Assembly (NCBI RefSeq): GCF_963921235.1
Contig: NC_086097.1
Span: 10,726,001 to 10,790,000 of the forward strand
Direction: 5' to 3'
DNA length: 64,000 nt
From: Mobula hypostoma
Taxonomy: Eukaryota
Part shown: positions 12,598-25,130 of the stretch, one piece after another
Numbering within the stretch: the stretch's first letter is position 1
How the letters are laid out: every line of letters begins with the position of its first letter
Notes under the pieces: generated by a model
Database searches by the model: none
Seen by the model: the letters and a program-made list of their open reading frames with translations, nothing else
What the model was told of the DNA's origin: nothing
Made by a program: the position numbers and the translations under genes

Positions 12598-13726
12598 CTT
12601 TATGGGTATTAGGATGTCAAATACAACTACATCTAAAATATTAATTCAACAAAAATGAAACTAATGAAGAAAACCCCTTTTCTTTATCTAAATTCCAATG
12701 GAAGTAACAATTTTGAAAGTAGATGTTGTCATAAGAATAGAAACCAAAAGCAGACAATAAGATCATCGGAACCTGGGTGCCACTGTAATGTAACGGTTAG
12801 GGTACCAATATTACAGCTCACCGTGTCAGGGTTCAGAGTTCAATCATGCTGTCCTCTGTAAGGACTTTGTATGTCCTCCCCATGGAACGTGTGGGCTTCC
12901 TCCGGGTGCTCTGCTTTCCTTCCGCAGTCCAAAGAAATATTGGTTAGTAGGTGAAGTGGTCATTGTAAATTGTCCCGTGATTAGGTTAACTCGTTGGGTT
13001 GGTTGCTGGGTGGCGTGGCTCAAAGTGCCAGAAGAGTATATTCCATGCTGAATCTCTAAAAAATATAAATATTTTCAAATCATGTGAAGAAAACTTAATA
13101 AATAAACAACTAGCTTCTCTCTAACATAACCATTCTTGTCTAAGTAATTGAAATACTTTGGTGGATTGGATAATAACTAAGGTTAAAGTACAAAAATAAA
13201 ATTACAGTCAGAAAAGTCCCACTGCATTTAATTGAATTTTTATTCCTTTCAAGAACATAAAATCCCAGCAGGACTCATCAACTCTACAGCTTTATTAGGA
13301 ACGGAGATCAAGAAGGTGAATTGAATTAGAGCTATCCTCTAATACCCATGATCTCTATTCCAGTCTGAGCAAGGCTAATCGAAGAATTAGCTCCTTTCTG
13401 AGCTATTTGCTTTTAACTCCGGAGTGAGTTAGATCAGCTGGACAATTAAGATAGTTTCTTAATTGACAGCCAGATTTAGAGAAGAGAAAAGGACACATTA
13501 AGTAGGATTGGAAAGGTTGAACATGGAGAATATTTTCTGAACTGGGGTAAGAAAGCCATTTGACTTATTGTCAGTTCTTTATTGTTATGAATACAACTCC
13601 TTTAAATTAGCACAGCTTCTCAATTTAATGATCAATTCTTACCCTTTCATTTTCACCAGGACCTTTGCTCAAATGGTAGACTGTGCAGACACTAAGTTGC
13701 AATTTAAAACTACAGGAGCACAGATC

Positions 13727-13952
13727 TAACACAAGATGCTGGGGAGCTCAGGAGGCCAGACAGCATCTACGGAAAAAAGTGAACATTCGACATTTCGGGC
13801 TGAGACACTTCATCAGGACCGATAAAAGTTCTCAGCCGAAACATCGACTGTACACTCTTTTCCATGGATGCTGCCTGGCCTGTGAGCTCCTCCAGCATTT
13901 TCTGTGTGTTGCTTTGGATTTCCAGTACCTGCAGATTTTCTCATGTTTGTGA
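13727..13952. repeat. Mini inverted pair of Penelope terminal modules; hammerhead motif on the minus strand at 13784-13821
   Basis: The reverse complement of 13784-13821 is CGGTC-CTGATGA-AGTGTCTCAGCCC-GAAAT-GTC-GAATG; it abuts a plus-strand copy. Confidence 0.65.
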
Positions 13953-15189
13953 ATAAAGATAAAGATTAGCTTTATTTCTCAGATTTACATCAAAACATAC
14001 AGTGAAATGTGTCGCTTGTGTCAACTAATGCAGTCTGAGGATGGGCTGGGAGCATTGTGCAATTGTTGCCATGATCCCTGCATCAACACAGCATGTCAGT
14101 AACTTATTAACAATAACCTGCACACCTTTGAAATGTGGGAGAAACTGGAGCACCGGGGGAAACCTACATGGCCATGGGGAGAACGCACAAACTCCTTACA
14201 GACAGTGGCAGGAATTGAACCCCAATCACTGATCGCTGGCACTGTAATACATTGCTCTAACCACTGTAGTATTACTTAAAATTAACTTCTGGGCTGTGGA
14301 CTATGCTGGCAAGTGGATCCTGCACCTGCTTTCTTCTGGTGACAAAACTCATTTATTTTCAGAATCAGAATTAGATTTATTATCACTGGTTTAGGTGATG
14401 TGAAATTTGTTGTTTTGCTGCAGCAGTATAGTGCAAAGACATAAAATTATGATAATTTACAAACATAAATAAAGCATGCAAAGGAAAAGTACGATGAGAT
14501 AATGTTCATGGGTTCGACCTTAAGATTGTAAGATGTAGCAGAAGTAGGCCATTTGGCCCATAGAGTCTGGGCCCACCAATTCATCATGGCTGATCCATTT
14601 CTCCCTCAGCCCCAATCTCCTGCCTTCATCCCCGTGATGTCCTGACTAATCAAAAATCCAATGACTTGGCCTCCACAAATTCACCAATCTCTGGCTAAAG
14701 TAATCCCCCCTCATCTCTGTTCCAAAAGGACGTCTCTCTATTCTGAGGCTGTGTCCTCTGGTCTACAACTCCACCACCATCGGAAACTTCCTCGCCACAT
14801 CCACTCTATCAAGGCCTTTCAACGTTCAATAGGTTTCAATGAGATCCCTCCTTATTATTCTGAATTTCGGTAAGTACAGGCCTAGAGCCATCAAATGCTC
14901 CTCATATGATAAACCTATCAATCCCAGATTCATTTCTGTGAATGTCCTTTGAACCCTCTCCAAACTCTGCACATCCTTTCTCAGAGAAGGGGCCTAAAAT
15001 TGCTCACAATACTCCAAAGGAGGCCTCACTAGTGTTTTATCAAGCCTCAACATAATAGCCTTGCATTTATATTCTTGTCAATGAACAATTCATGGGCTGT
15101 TCTGAAATCTGATGGCAGAGGGAAAGAAGCTGTTCCTGAATCACTAAATTGGGATTATGAGGCTCCTGTACTTGATAGTAATAATATGA

Positions 15190-15900
15190 GGAATAGTGAG
15201 AGTCCATAGTCCCTAATGGTGAAGCAGTGGAAAGGGCCTCCAGTTTCATGTTTTTGGGGATGAACATCACCAAGGAGCTCTCTTGGTCTGTCCATGTAAC
15301 CTCGATACTAGGGAAAGCACAACAGTTACTATACTACCGGAGGTGCCTAAGGAGAGCTAATCTGCCTCAAAAATTGCTGGCCAGCTTTTAGTGGTGTGCA
15401 ATAGAATGCATACTGACATACGGAATGACAGTGTGGTACTCTAGCTGCAGCAAGACAGATCACAAAGCATTCCAACGGGTGATTAGGACAGCTCAGCACA
15501 TCACTGAGACTCAACGACCAGACCTGGAGACAATCTACAACTCTTGATGCCTACTGCACGCTCGTAAAATCATTAAAGATCCATCCCATCTCAGACATTG
15601 CCTGTACAATCTCCTGCCATCTGGTAGGAGATGCAGGAACATCTTAGCCAAGAGAGTAAAACTGAAAAAAACAGCTTCTTCCAGAGGGTAGTTGTGCAGC
15701 TGAATAATGCTACTCCAGCCTGCTCGTAGCTTTTGAGTGTTAAGAACTATCAAAGTCACTTATTGAATATAAATATGGGAGTTTTTTAAATTAAGCTATT
15801 CCACATGCTGTGTAAATATCTGTTTTGCACGGATTGGAATAGCTTCACAATCTCGTTGTCTTGAGCAATCACAATAAAGTTCTAATCTATTCTATTCTAA
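15190..15900 (+). mobile_element. Rex1/Babar-like LINE 3' fragment (distinct subfamily)
   Basis: Decayed RT C-terminal coding (EAVERASSFMFLGMNITKELSWS..; DPSH..LLPSGRR) and a TCTAATCTATTCTATTCTA tail. Confidence 0.65.
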
Positions 15901-18517
15901 TGGTGATGGTCCTTAGTGGTGGATGCTGCCTTCTTGAGATGCCTTTTGAGGATGGCCTACAATTCTTGAGATGGACTAAACCAGAAATATATAGGTAATT
16001 ATGTCTACCTCTTCTGTTGCTTCGTTACAGCTTTTCCTGTTTCTGTTTCAGATTACCAGATTTCCTTTTCCATTTTATTGTTTGTCCATGACAAACTGTG
16101 CAAAGAATAGAAGATTCTGCTTTTCCTAATTTTATTTGTTATATGTTTATTTAGAGATACAATGGGAATCTGGTCTTCTGGCCCAATGAGCCTCATCACC
16201 CAGCGACCCACCTAATTAACCCCAGCTTAATGACAGGACCGTTAGACCATAAGACTATAAGATATGGGAGCAGAAGTAGGCCATTCGGCCCCTTGAGTCT
16301 GCTCTGCCATACAATCATGGGATGATCCAATTCCTCTTGTCATACCCACTCTCCTACCTTCTCCCCATACCCTTTGATGCCCTGGCTACTCAAGAACCTA
16401 TCTATATCTGCCTTAAATGCATCTAATGACTTGGCCTCTAAAGCCTCTCGTGGCAACAAATTCCACAGATTTACCACCCTCTGACTAAAATAATTTCTCC
16501 ACATCTCTATTCTAAATGGACATCCTTCAATCCTGAAGTCATGCCCTCTTGTCCTAGACTCCCCTACCATGGGAAATAACTTTGCCATATCTAATCTGTT
16601 CAGGCCTTTTAACATTCAGAATGTTTCTATTACATCCCCCCTCATTCTCCTGAACTCCAGGGAATACAGACCAAGAGCTGCCAGATGTTCCTCATATGGT
16701 AACCCTTTCATTCCTGGAATCGTTCTCCTGAATCTTCACTGAACCCTCTCCAATATCAGTTTATCCTTTCTAAAATAAGGAGCCCAAAACTGCACACAAT
16801 ACTCCGTGTGATCTTACGAGTGCCATATACAGCCTCAACATCACATCCCTCTAGAAATGAATGCCAACATTTAATTCACCTTCTTCACCATCGACTCAAC
16901 CTGGAAGTTAACTTTTTAGGGTATCCTGCACAAGGACTCCCAAGTCCCTTTGCATCTCTGCATTTTGAATTCTCTCCCCATCTAAATAATAGTCTGCCAC
17001 TTATTTCTTCCATCAAAGTGCATGACCATACTCTTTCCAACATTATATTTCATTTGCCACTTCTTTGCCCATTCTCCTAAACTATCTAACCTTCTCTGTG
17101 TTGTGGATGAAATTACCAGAGAGACAAAGTCACTCACTGGTAGATACAAAGCAGCTTCTTTATTCGACACAACAAGGTACAGCAGGCATCTTAACGGATG
17201 GAGACGCTTTTTGCAGAAAGGTCTGCTAGCTAAATGTGGGCTCAATATTTATATGCTAAACACAAAGGCAATCGGTACTTAAAAAGTTACAAACAATGCA
17301 TAAACAATGCTTCCTATTGAAGCTACATACAAAATGTCACATCATCCTTTCCTCCCGATGCCAACATGTCTGGGTTGGTATCTACAGCCTTTAGGAATGT
17401 AAGTTAAGTCTACGATACATTTATTTGGCATTTCCTGTGCTAACATAGAAGACAATTAATGTTTATAATGTATAGGTGATACTGCCTTCGAAACTACAGT
17501 ATCAGGTCAAACTACCAGAAGTATCTGGTATTCACACCTTTTAGGAAGCCCACTGTGGTGGACTCAATCCACAGTCCTTTGTCAAACAGTTAAAATAGAA
17601 GTCTGGTGGCCAAAGTCATTTAAGTGTAAACAAATCATCTTCCCAAAACGAAATCCACTCTAACAGTTCCTCCTCTTGGCCCTCCTGGACAAATTAAATT
17701 TGTATCAGGAAAGGCCAACCTAGGAGGATCTGCTCAAATAGGGCAGCAAAAATGCCCTGTCTCGAAATTCCCCCCCAATTTTATGTACCTCGATATCTAT
17801 CCTAGCATTACCTACCAAATGTTAAGCAGAGAGGCTGTTCCAAGTCTTTATGAATGCAGCTCCTTTCGTGTACCTGCAGGCTGACTGCATCTTAATCACA
17901 TTCCTTTGTCTTCAGCCCTTTATCCTCTGGTCGCTGAAACTCTCCTTCCAGGAGCGCCCACAGGCCCTCTCATCGATGCAGAGGAAGGGGTTGGGGTGGC
18001 CTCTACGTAAACGTCTGCAAGGACCTCTCCCCGGTGGCACCCCCTTCCAAAGTGTTCCGTTGATCACTGACTCAACCGCTGAAAGGGCCCAGCTCCTCAG
18101 ACTCGGGGTGACTGCTTTCAGATGCCGAGTGCAGTCTGAAATGCCATCGAAGTGGTGGGACTTCCCGTCTCTGCTTTAACTCAAAAATCCCTCCCCATCT
18201 ATTTCCCAATAATTTTCTATACTATGCTTATAAAATTAATCATCTACCTTCAGCAACCAGCCTTCTTTACAAAGTACCATCATCATCACACTTTAGCAGG
18301 TTAGTCATGGTTTTCCAACATGTTGGTAGTGTCTTCTACCACGCTCTCAGCGTTTTCTGCCTTTGCGTTTTCTCCGGGCATGTTTTCATCAGCTGTGGTC
18401 AAGTCTGCCATGGCCGGCTGGTTTTCCTCTCTTAGGTTCTCTGTAATTACATGGTTACTGGGTACACTTGGTTCCCCACTCTGTCTGTGAGAGCAACAAG
18501 AGGGTGAGTTGTATGCT

Positions 18518-19141
18518 TTAACACTGGCTGCCTCGCCGAGTCTGTACACAGACACATGTATCATTCGTTAAGAGTACCATCTGTGGTCCTATCCACCTGC
18601 GGGCAAACCCTGGCCTTTCTGGCAGCACCCTCACCATAACTTGGTCGCCGGGCTGTGGAAGAACTATCCCCCTTCCCTCTGGCTGTTTCTGATCAGCGAT
18701 TCGCTGCTGTTGCTTCGCTCGGCCCTTTAATACTTTAAGCTGACAGTAACTTTTCCCCCTGCTACTCTCGCCTCCCCCCAGCCGCTGCCTCACTTCCCCT
18801 TTAAAGAAGCGATATCTTTCTTCATTACTGGCGCTTCCGGTAGTTGCCCATGTACCATCCCGCACCCCCTGGGCCATCCTGTCCCACATATTCCTCGGGC
18901 AGTTCGCTTTCACTAACACATGTATATCTTTAGGGTGCATCTGGTGAATTTCAACCATTTCCTCGAGTTTGCGCCAGAATTCTGAATTCCCACAGGCGAC
19001 TTTAAGTGAGGGCAACTCAGACAAAATGCTCTGTTTCTCTCCTGGGGTGAAGGGCTTATGAATAGTCGTAAACAAGGTCAAGGGCTGGCTCGGATCGTCA
19101 GTGTTCTCAACTTGACGTTGCCTGACCTCAACAGGTGCCAT
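18518..19141 (-). CDS. 207-aa in-frame fusion of a Gag/capsid-like N-part and the integrase C-terminal domain
   Basis: C-part PQPGDQVMVRV..RRWIGPQMVLLTNDTCVCV matches the class-I retroviral IN C-terminal consensus (PGD.V.V..PRW.GPY.VLLTT.TA). N-part HKPFTPGEKQSILSELP resembles a capsid start (weaker). Confidence 0.65.
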   Translation of the reverse strand: MAPVEVRQRQVENTDDPSQPLTLFTTIHKPFTPGEKQSILSELPSLKVACGNSEFWRKLEEMVEIHQMHPKDIHVLVKANCPRNMWDRMAQGVRDGTWATTGSASNEERYRFFKGEVRQRLGGGESSRGKSYCQLKVLKGRAKQQQRIADQKQPEGRGIVLPQPGDQVMVRVLPERPGFARRWIGPQMVLLTNDTCVCVQTRRGSQC

Positions 19142-19610
19142 TCTGGTAGATCAATCTGGGTAAAACCTCTCCCTGAGATATCTCCATATTAATTCCCAAA
19201 CTACGCAAAATATAAAACCGTAGAGTATGTATTCCACAATCTGCCACTTTTGAGTACCCGAACTCATGATGCCTACTGTATTCCTTTGCATCACACTTGC
19301 ACACGCATACACTAAAATGCAGCTCCCCGAACGAGTATACACGCCCCTCTGGCGTCCCGAATCGTACCACTGGTTACCACCTTTCGCAACTGGTGGTCCA
19401 ACTCTCACAAGTTAACATGCATAGATTCCTCACTTACATAAACACACATGCACACGCACACACTACCTTAATATCTACCAGTTCAGCTCTCCTCGTTCGT
19501 GGTACCTCATGTTCCCGTGTGTCCACCGACCGAACAGATCCAAGAGTGAGTGTTATTTTAGAAAAACTTAGACTGCTAGGAACGCTGGCCACACGACGGG
19601 TCACGAAGGT

Positions 19611-19628
19611 ATCCCACTCCTGACACCA
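19611..19628 (-). promoter_or_regulatory. Primer-binding site complementary to tRNA-Leu(CAG)
   Basis: TGGTGTCAGGAGTGGGAT lies 2 nt inside the 5' LTR and is complementary to the recalled vertebrate tRNA-Leu(CAG) 3' end ...ATCCCACTCCTGACACCA. Confidence 0.85.
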
Positions 19629-22195
19629 AATGTTGTAGCGTGGATGAAATTACCGGAGAGACAGAGTCACTGGTAGATACAAAGCAGCTTCTTTATTCGA
19701 CACAACAAGGTACAGCAGGCATCTTAACGGATGGAGACGCTTTCCGCAGAAAGGTCTGCTAGCTAAATGTGGGCTTGATATTTATATGCTAAACACAAAG
19801 GCAATCCCTACTTAAAAAGTTACAGACAATGCATAGACAATGCTTCCTATTGAAGCTACATACAAAATCTCACACCATCCTTCCCTCCCGACGCCAACAT
19901 GTCTGGGTTGGTATCTACAGCCTTTAGGAATCTAAGTTAAGTCTATGATACATTTTATTTGGCATTTCCCGTGCTAACATAGAAGACAATTAATACAATT
20001 AATATTTATAATGTATAGGTGAACCTACCTTTGAAACTACAGTATCAGGTCAAACTACCAGAAGTATCTGGTATTCACACCTTTTAGGAAGCCCATTGTG
20101 GTGGACTCAATCCACAGTCCTTTGACAAACAGTTAAAATAGATGTCTGATGGCCAAAGTCATTTAAGTGTAAACAAATCATCCACCCCAAAAAAAAATCC
20201 ACTATAATAATCTGCAGGCTCTCTGTTTCCTTAGCGTTACCTGCTCCTCAACCTATCTTGTATCATCAGCAAATTTAGCCACAGATCCATTAATCCCACA
20301 GTCCAAATCATTGATATACATTGTAAAAAGCAGCGGTCCTAACACCAACCCCCGTGGAACTCCACTGGTAACCGGCAGCCAGCCAGGATAGCATCCCTTT
20401 ATTCCCACTCTCTGTTTTCTGTCGATCAGCCAATACTCTACCTTTGCTAGTAACTTTCCTGTAATTCCATGGGCTCTTACCTTGCTAAGCAGCCTCATGT
20501 GTGGCACCTTGTCAAAGGCCTTCTGAAAATCCAAGTACACCACATCTACCGCATCTCCTTTGTCAATCCTCAAAGAATTGCAATAGGTCAGTCAGGCAGA
20601 ATTTTCCTTTCAGGAAACCATGCTGGCTTTGGCCTACCTTGTCATGTACCTCCAGGTTTTCCGTAATCTGATCCCTAACAATCGATTCCAACAACTTCCC
20701 AACCACTGATGTCAGGCCAACAGATCCATAGTTTCCTTTCTGCTGCCTCCCACCCTTCTTAAATAGCGGAGTAACATTGCTAATTTTCCAGTCATCCAGT
20801 ACAATGCCAGAATCTATTGATTCTTGGAAGATCATAGTTAATGTTTCCGCAGTCTCTTCAGCTACTTCCTTCAGAACCCAAGGGTGCATTTCATCAGGTC
20901 CAGGAGAGTTATCCACCCTCAGACCATTAAGCTTCCTGAGCACCTTCTCAGTCGTAATTTTCACTGCACATACTTCACTTCCCTGACACTCTTGAATGTC
21001 AGGACAATTTATAATGGCCAACTAACCTACAAACTGCTACTTGTTCAGACTGTAAGAGGAAACTGGAGCATCGAGATCATACAAACTTCTTACAAATAGT
21101 ACCAGAACTGAACCCCGAACTGCAGAATGCCCCGGGCTGTAAACAGTGTTACCGTGGCCCACTCTGCCGCCTCATTCTCAAGGCTGAGACTCCAGTGCAT
21201 TCCTGGTTTCTTTGGAAAGAGATATTAAACTACCTTAGGTTGCATGCAGAAGAAGTCACTGATTCAAAGGAAAATTATCCAGCAGGCCGGGTTACTTCTT
21301 CAATGTTAGTAGAATAAATTATCTGCACAATATCACCCTTTCCATCTGTAGCGTTTTGATGGAAGTGAGATAATGTGCAGATAATTACAAAATGGGCCAC
21401 AATTCAAAAAGTACTTCGCTGGCTGTAAAGGGCTTGGTAATATCTTGACGGAAACATGAATGGCACTGTAGTAATATAAGTCTTCATTTCCTTTCATCGG
21501 GTGACAGTTAACGTTTAGTCTCAAGCTCACGGTTACTTTTCAGATAAGAGTCTGAGGATTTGTGGTTATTGAATCACAGAAGATGATTCTGGCTCAGCTT
21601 TTCCACAGCTGTTCAATCATTATATCTCAAGGGTTGATGAAGAGCGATTGTGAAGGAAGTGGATACTTATTGTCACTAATCTCACAACTGATACTGTCCA
21701 CAATAGTGACAGATAGTATCTACCTACTTTGTGGACAGCCCCAGCACAACCTTTTGATCAAGGCTTGATCTTTTGAGGCAATGGAGTTCAGTGTTCGTTC
21801 TCAGCGTCCACTGTAAGGAGCCTACATGTCCTCCCCAAGGAATGTGTGGGCTTTCTCTGGGTGCTCCAGTTTCTTCCTACAGTCCAAAGGTGTACCAGTT
21901 GGTAGGTTAGTTGGTCGTTGTAAATTCTCCTGTGATTAGGTTAGGGTTAAATTGGAGGTTGTCAGCAGTTGCTGGGCAGTGTTGCTCACTGGGCTAGAAG
22001 GGCCTGTTCCATGCTGTAAACCAAATAAATAAAATAAAAATAAATAAATTTAGACTCTCATGACTGATGCCATGGCCACACTTGGTTGTAACCTTTAATA
22101 TTCTTTAGTAGCAAAGGGAAACAGGAATTAGATCAATATGTGAAGATTTATGAAGCCATGAACATGACCTCACTATTGTGCTTTCTTATTGAACT

Positions 22196-22691
22196 TATTT
22201 ATTTCTTATCGTCATAAAATATTTTTATGTATTGCACTGTACTGCTATTGCAAAACACAATTTCAGACATATGTCAGTGATAATAAATTTCCACTTCCCA
22301 TTTCTATTCCAAAATGGCCTTCTCTGTTACCACGGTGAGGCCACTCTCAAGTTGACAAAGCGAGACCCCATATTCAGTCTGGTGGATGGACTCTAACCTA
22401 ACAGCATGAACACTGATTTCTCTAACTTCTACTAATTTATTTCCCTCACCCTTCTCTCCTTTCCCATTCTCTATTCTGGCTACCCCTTTACCCCTTCTCT
22501 TTTCCTCAGCTGACCAACACCTCCCTATGGGAACTTTTTTTCATATTTATTTCTTATCGTCACATAAAATATTTTTATGTATTGCACTGTACTGCTATTG
22601 CAAAACACAATTTCAGACATATGTCAGTGATAATAAATTTCCATTTCCCATTTCTATTCCAAAATGGCCTTCTCTGTTACCACGGTGAGGC
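22196..22691 (+). repeat. Local direct duplication of ~146 bp (22196-22341 and 22544-22691)
   Basis: The copies differ only by a 2-nt indel and one substitution; the unit spans a junction between two unrelated repeats. Confidence 0.9.
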
Positions 22692-23629
22692 ATCCATATA
22701 CAACTCTGAGAGTCATCTTCTCCAGTTAGCCAGGAAACAAAGAGAGAACATGAAAGTCATTCAGAGAGAAACATCAAACCCAACCCCCCCACAATACAAA
22801 AAAAGAACGGCATCCTGGTCATCAACCCCCAGACCCCGTTCCCCCACACAAAACGGAACAAAACATCGACACCAAATCCCAGTCCCCTCACACAACAAAA
22901 CAGAAAGAAAAGGGTGAAAAACAGAATATAAAATCCATAAGCCTGAGGAAGTCCACAGTCCATAAATGCAATAGTCCGATCCTCAAAGCAGAACCACGGT
23001 AACATCTTCTTTTGTCAATGAAGAGAGGGATATCTCATGAACGCAGAGGCCTACCCACGTGCCACAGCAAGTCCCACAGCGATAGGCTGCTCACATGCTC
23101 CTTCTCAACAGCGATCAAAAGGAAGGTAGTCGGCACTGTAGCTCCAGGAAAGAAGCTTCAGAGATGACGTGTAGTCCTGGTGGTGGTGGACTTGTAGTGT
23201 CTCCTGATGACAGTTTTGTGAATAGGTGACTGCTAGTGTGGATGGAGTCTCGACACTTTTTCCAAATCGGGACTGCCAAATCAAAGCCAAGCCTTGATCT
23301 TACACCTTATTGGCTATCTGTTCAGCATTTTCTCTGAAGATGTTATATTTTATTCTGCACGGTTATGGTTTTATCTTACTCTACCTCAACGCACTGTGTA
23401 ATGATCTGCTCTGTGTGAGGCAAGCTGTATCTTGGCACTTGTGACAATAATAAATCAATTCCAATTTAAATTTCAATTCCAATCCCTATCCTATGAAGCA
23501 ACAATTCACAACCTCAACTTTCCTACAGGGCATAGGCTATGAGTTAGTTATGAACACTGCCATGGTTCTGAATGTCTTCTTTTCTGGTTACACAGATCCC
23601 TTGGAATGCCCAATGGCCTAATAAGTTCT

Positions 23630-25130
23630 TAAGACCCTAATACTTAGGAGTATAATTAGGCCATTTGGCCCATCAAGTCTGATCTGCTATTAAATCATGG
23701 CTGATTTATTATTCTTCTCAACCCATTTTCCTGCCTTCTCCCCGTGGCCTTGACATCCTTACTAATTAAGAACCTATCAACTTCTGCTTTGTCAGGAAAT
23801 TAAATGTATAGGAGGTTTGACTCAAAAGCAGAGTAGCTGAGATGATTTAGCAGTAAATGATACTTTACTAATAAACTGCAAGGTAACAAGCCACGAAGGG
23901 CCACAAAACAAGAGAAAACAGGAACTAAGCACAACAAGGTTATTGAAGACTGGGGGCAACTGATTGAGGTTGGCTGTTTCAGTGGGTGAACAAAAGGCTG
24001 TGGCTGAGATCTACGTTAAAAGAGGCTGCAGGTGATGAACTGGAAGCAAGTGGCGGGCGACTCCTGTTATCTGAGTGGAGACTGGGAGGTGCCTGCCTGT
24101 GCAGGACAGGCAGACTTGACCTCCATGACCATCTGTAGCAATGAATTCCACAGATTCTCCACCCTCTGGTTAAAGAAATTCCTTCTTATCTCTGTTCTAA
24201 AGGGATATCCTTATATTCTGAGGCTGAGCCCTTTGGTCTCCGACTCTCCTCGCTATAGGAAACATCCTCTCTACTTCCACTCTATCTAGGCCATTCAATA
24301 TTTGATAATTTTCAGTGAGATCCCCCTAATTCTTCTAAACTTTAGCGAGTACAGGGCCAGAGCCATCAAGAACTCCTCACACATAAACCTTTTTCTTCCT
24401 GGGATCATTCATATGAGCCTCCTCTGGACCCGCTCCAATGCTAGCACATATTTTCTTAGCTAATGGGCCTAACACTGCTCACAATATGCAAAGTGTGGTC
24501 TGACCAATGCTTTATAAAGCCTTAGCATTACATCTTTGATTTTATATTCTAGTCCTCTCGAAATAAATACTGTCATTGCTTTTGCTTTTCTTACCGCCAA
24601 CTCAACCTGCAAGATAATCTTTAGGGAATCCTGCATGAGTCCTTTATACCTCAGATTTTTTAATTTTCTCTCCATTTAGATAATATTCCATGCTTTTATT
24701 TTTATTCTTCTTCTCCCAAATAGTAATACAAATATGAACTTTGCACACAGAGTGGTTGAGCCAAATTGTGGAGACTAATAAAGTATATGAGGGGAACCTG
24801 ATTTTCCCAATATTGCATATTAAACTCCCCCATGACTTCAACATTGTCCTTTTTACATGCCTTTTCTATCTCCCATTGCAATATGTACCCTGCATCCTCG
24901 CTACTGTTCGAGGGCCTGTATATTTCACCCATTAGGGTCTTTTTACCCTTGTAGTTTCTCCAACCACAAGGATTCTACATCTTCTGGTCCTATGTCACCT
25001 CTTTCTAAGGATTTGATTTCATTTTTTTACCAACAAAGCCACCCCACCTCCTCTGTCAACCTGACTGTCCTTTTGATAGAATGTGTACCCTTGGATGTTA
25101 AGCTCCCAACTATGATTCTTTCAGCCACAA
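23630..25130 (-). mobile_element. Decayed CR1 fragments (3' end, RT, and endonuclease piece at ~24790-25130)
   Basis: [13 protein letters not shown] and IYRPSNS..VMGEFN motifs; CR1-type tail. Confidence 0.7.

Larger units (their letters stand above)
17099..20209 (-). mobile_element. Internally deleted endogenous retrovirus with two LTRs (5' LTR 19631-20209, 3' LTR 17099-17665)
   Basis: Direct repeats of ~570 bp with TG..CA ends (one mutated to TA); PBS 19611-19628; PPT AAGAGGAGGAAC 17666-17677; TSD CTCTG/ATCTG (17094-17098 / 20210-20214). Confidence 0.92.
16242..21003 (-). mobile_element. CR1 LINE (decayed RT) split by the ERV insertion; pieces 16242-17098 and 20210-21003
   Basis: ORFs 20563-21021, 20253-20573 and 16340-16615 carry SPGPD, YLDFQKAFDKVPH, GVP.G.VLGP, KFADDT and the CR1 C-terminus; sequence is continuous across the ERV. 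Confidence 0.9.

Noticed and set aside
12780..12860. tRNA genes at SINE heads
   Set aside because: Only degenerate box A/B motifs attached to SINE bodies; no complete cloverleaf.
23790..24108. Possible solo LTR inside a CR1 (similar doubt for ~39443-39720)
   Set aside because: TG..CA-like ends but no convincing TSD, PBS or second copy.
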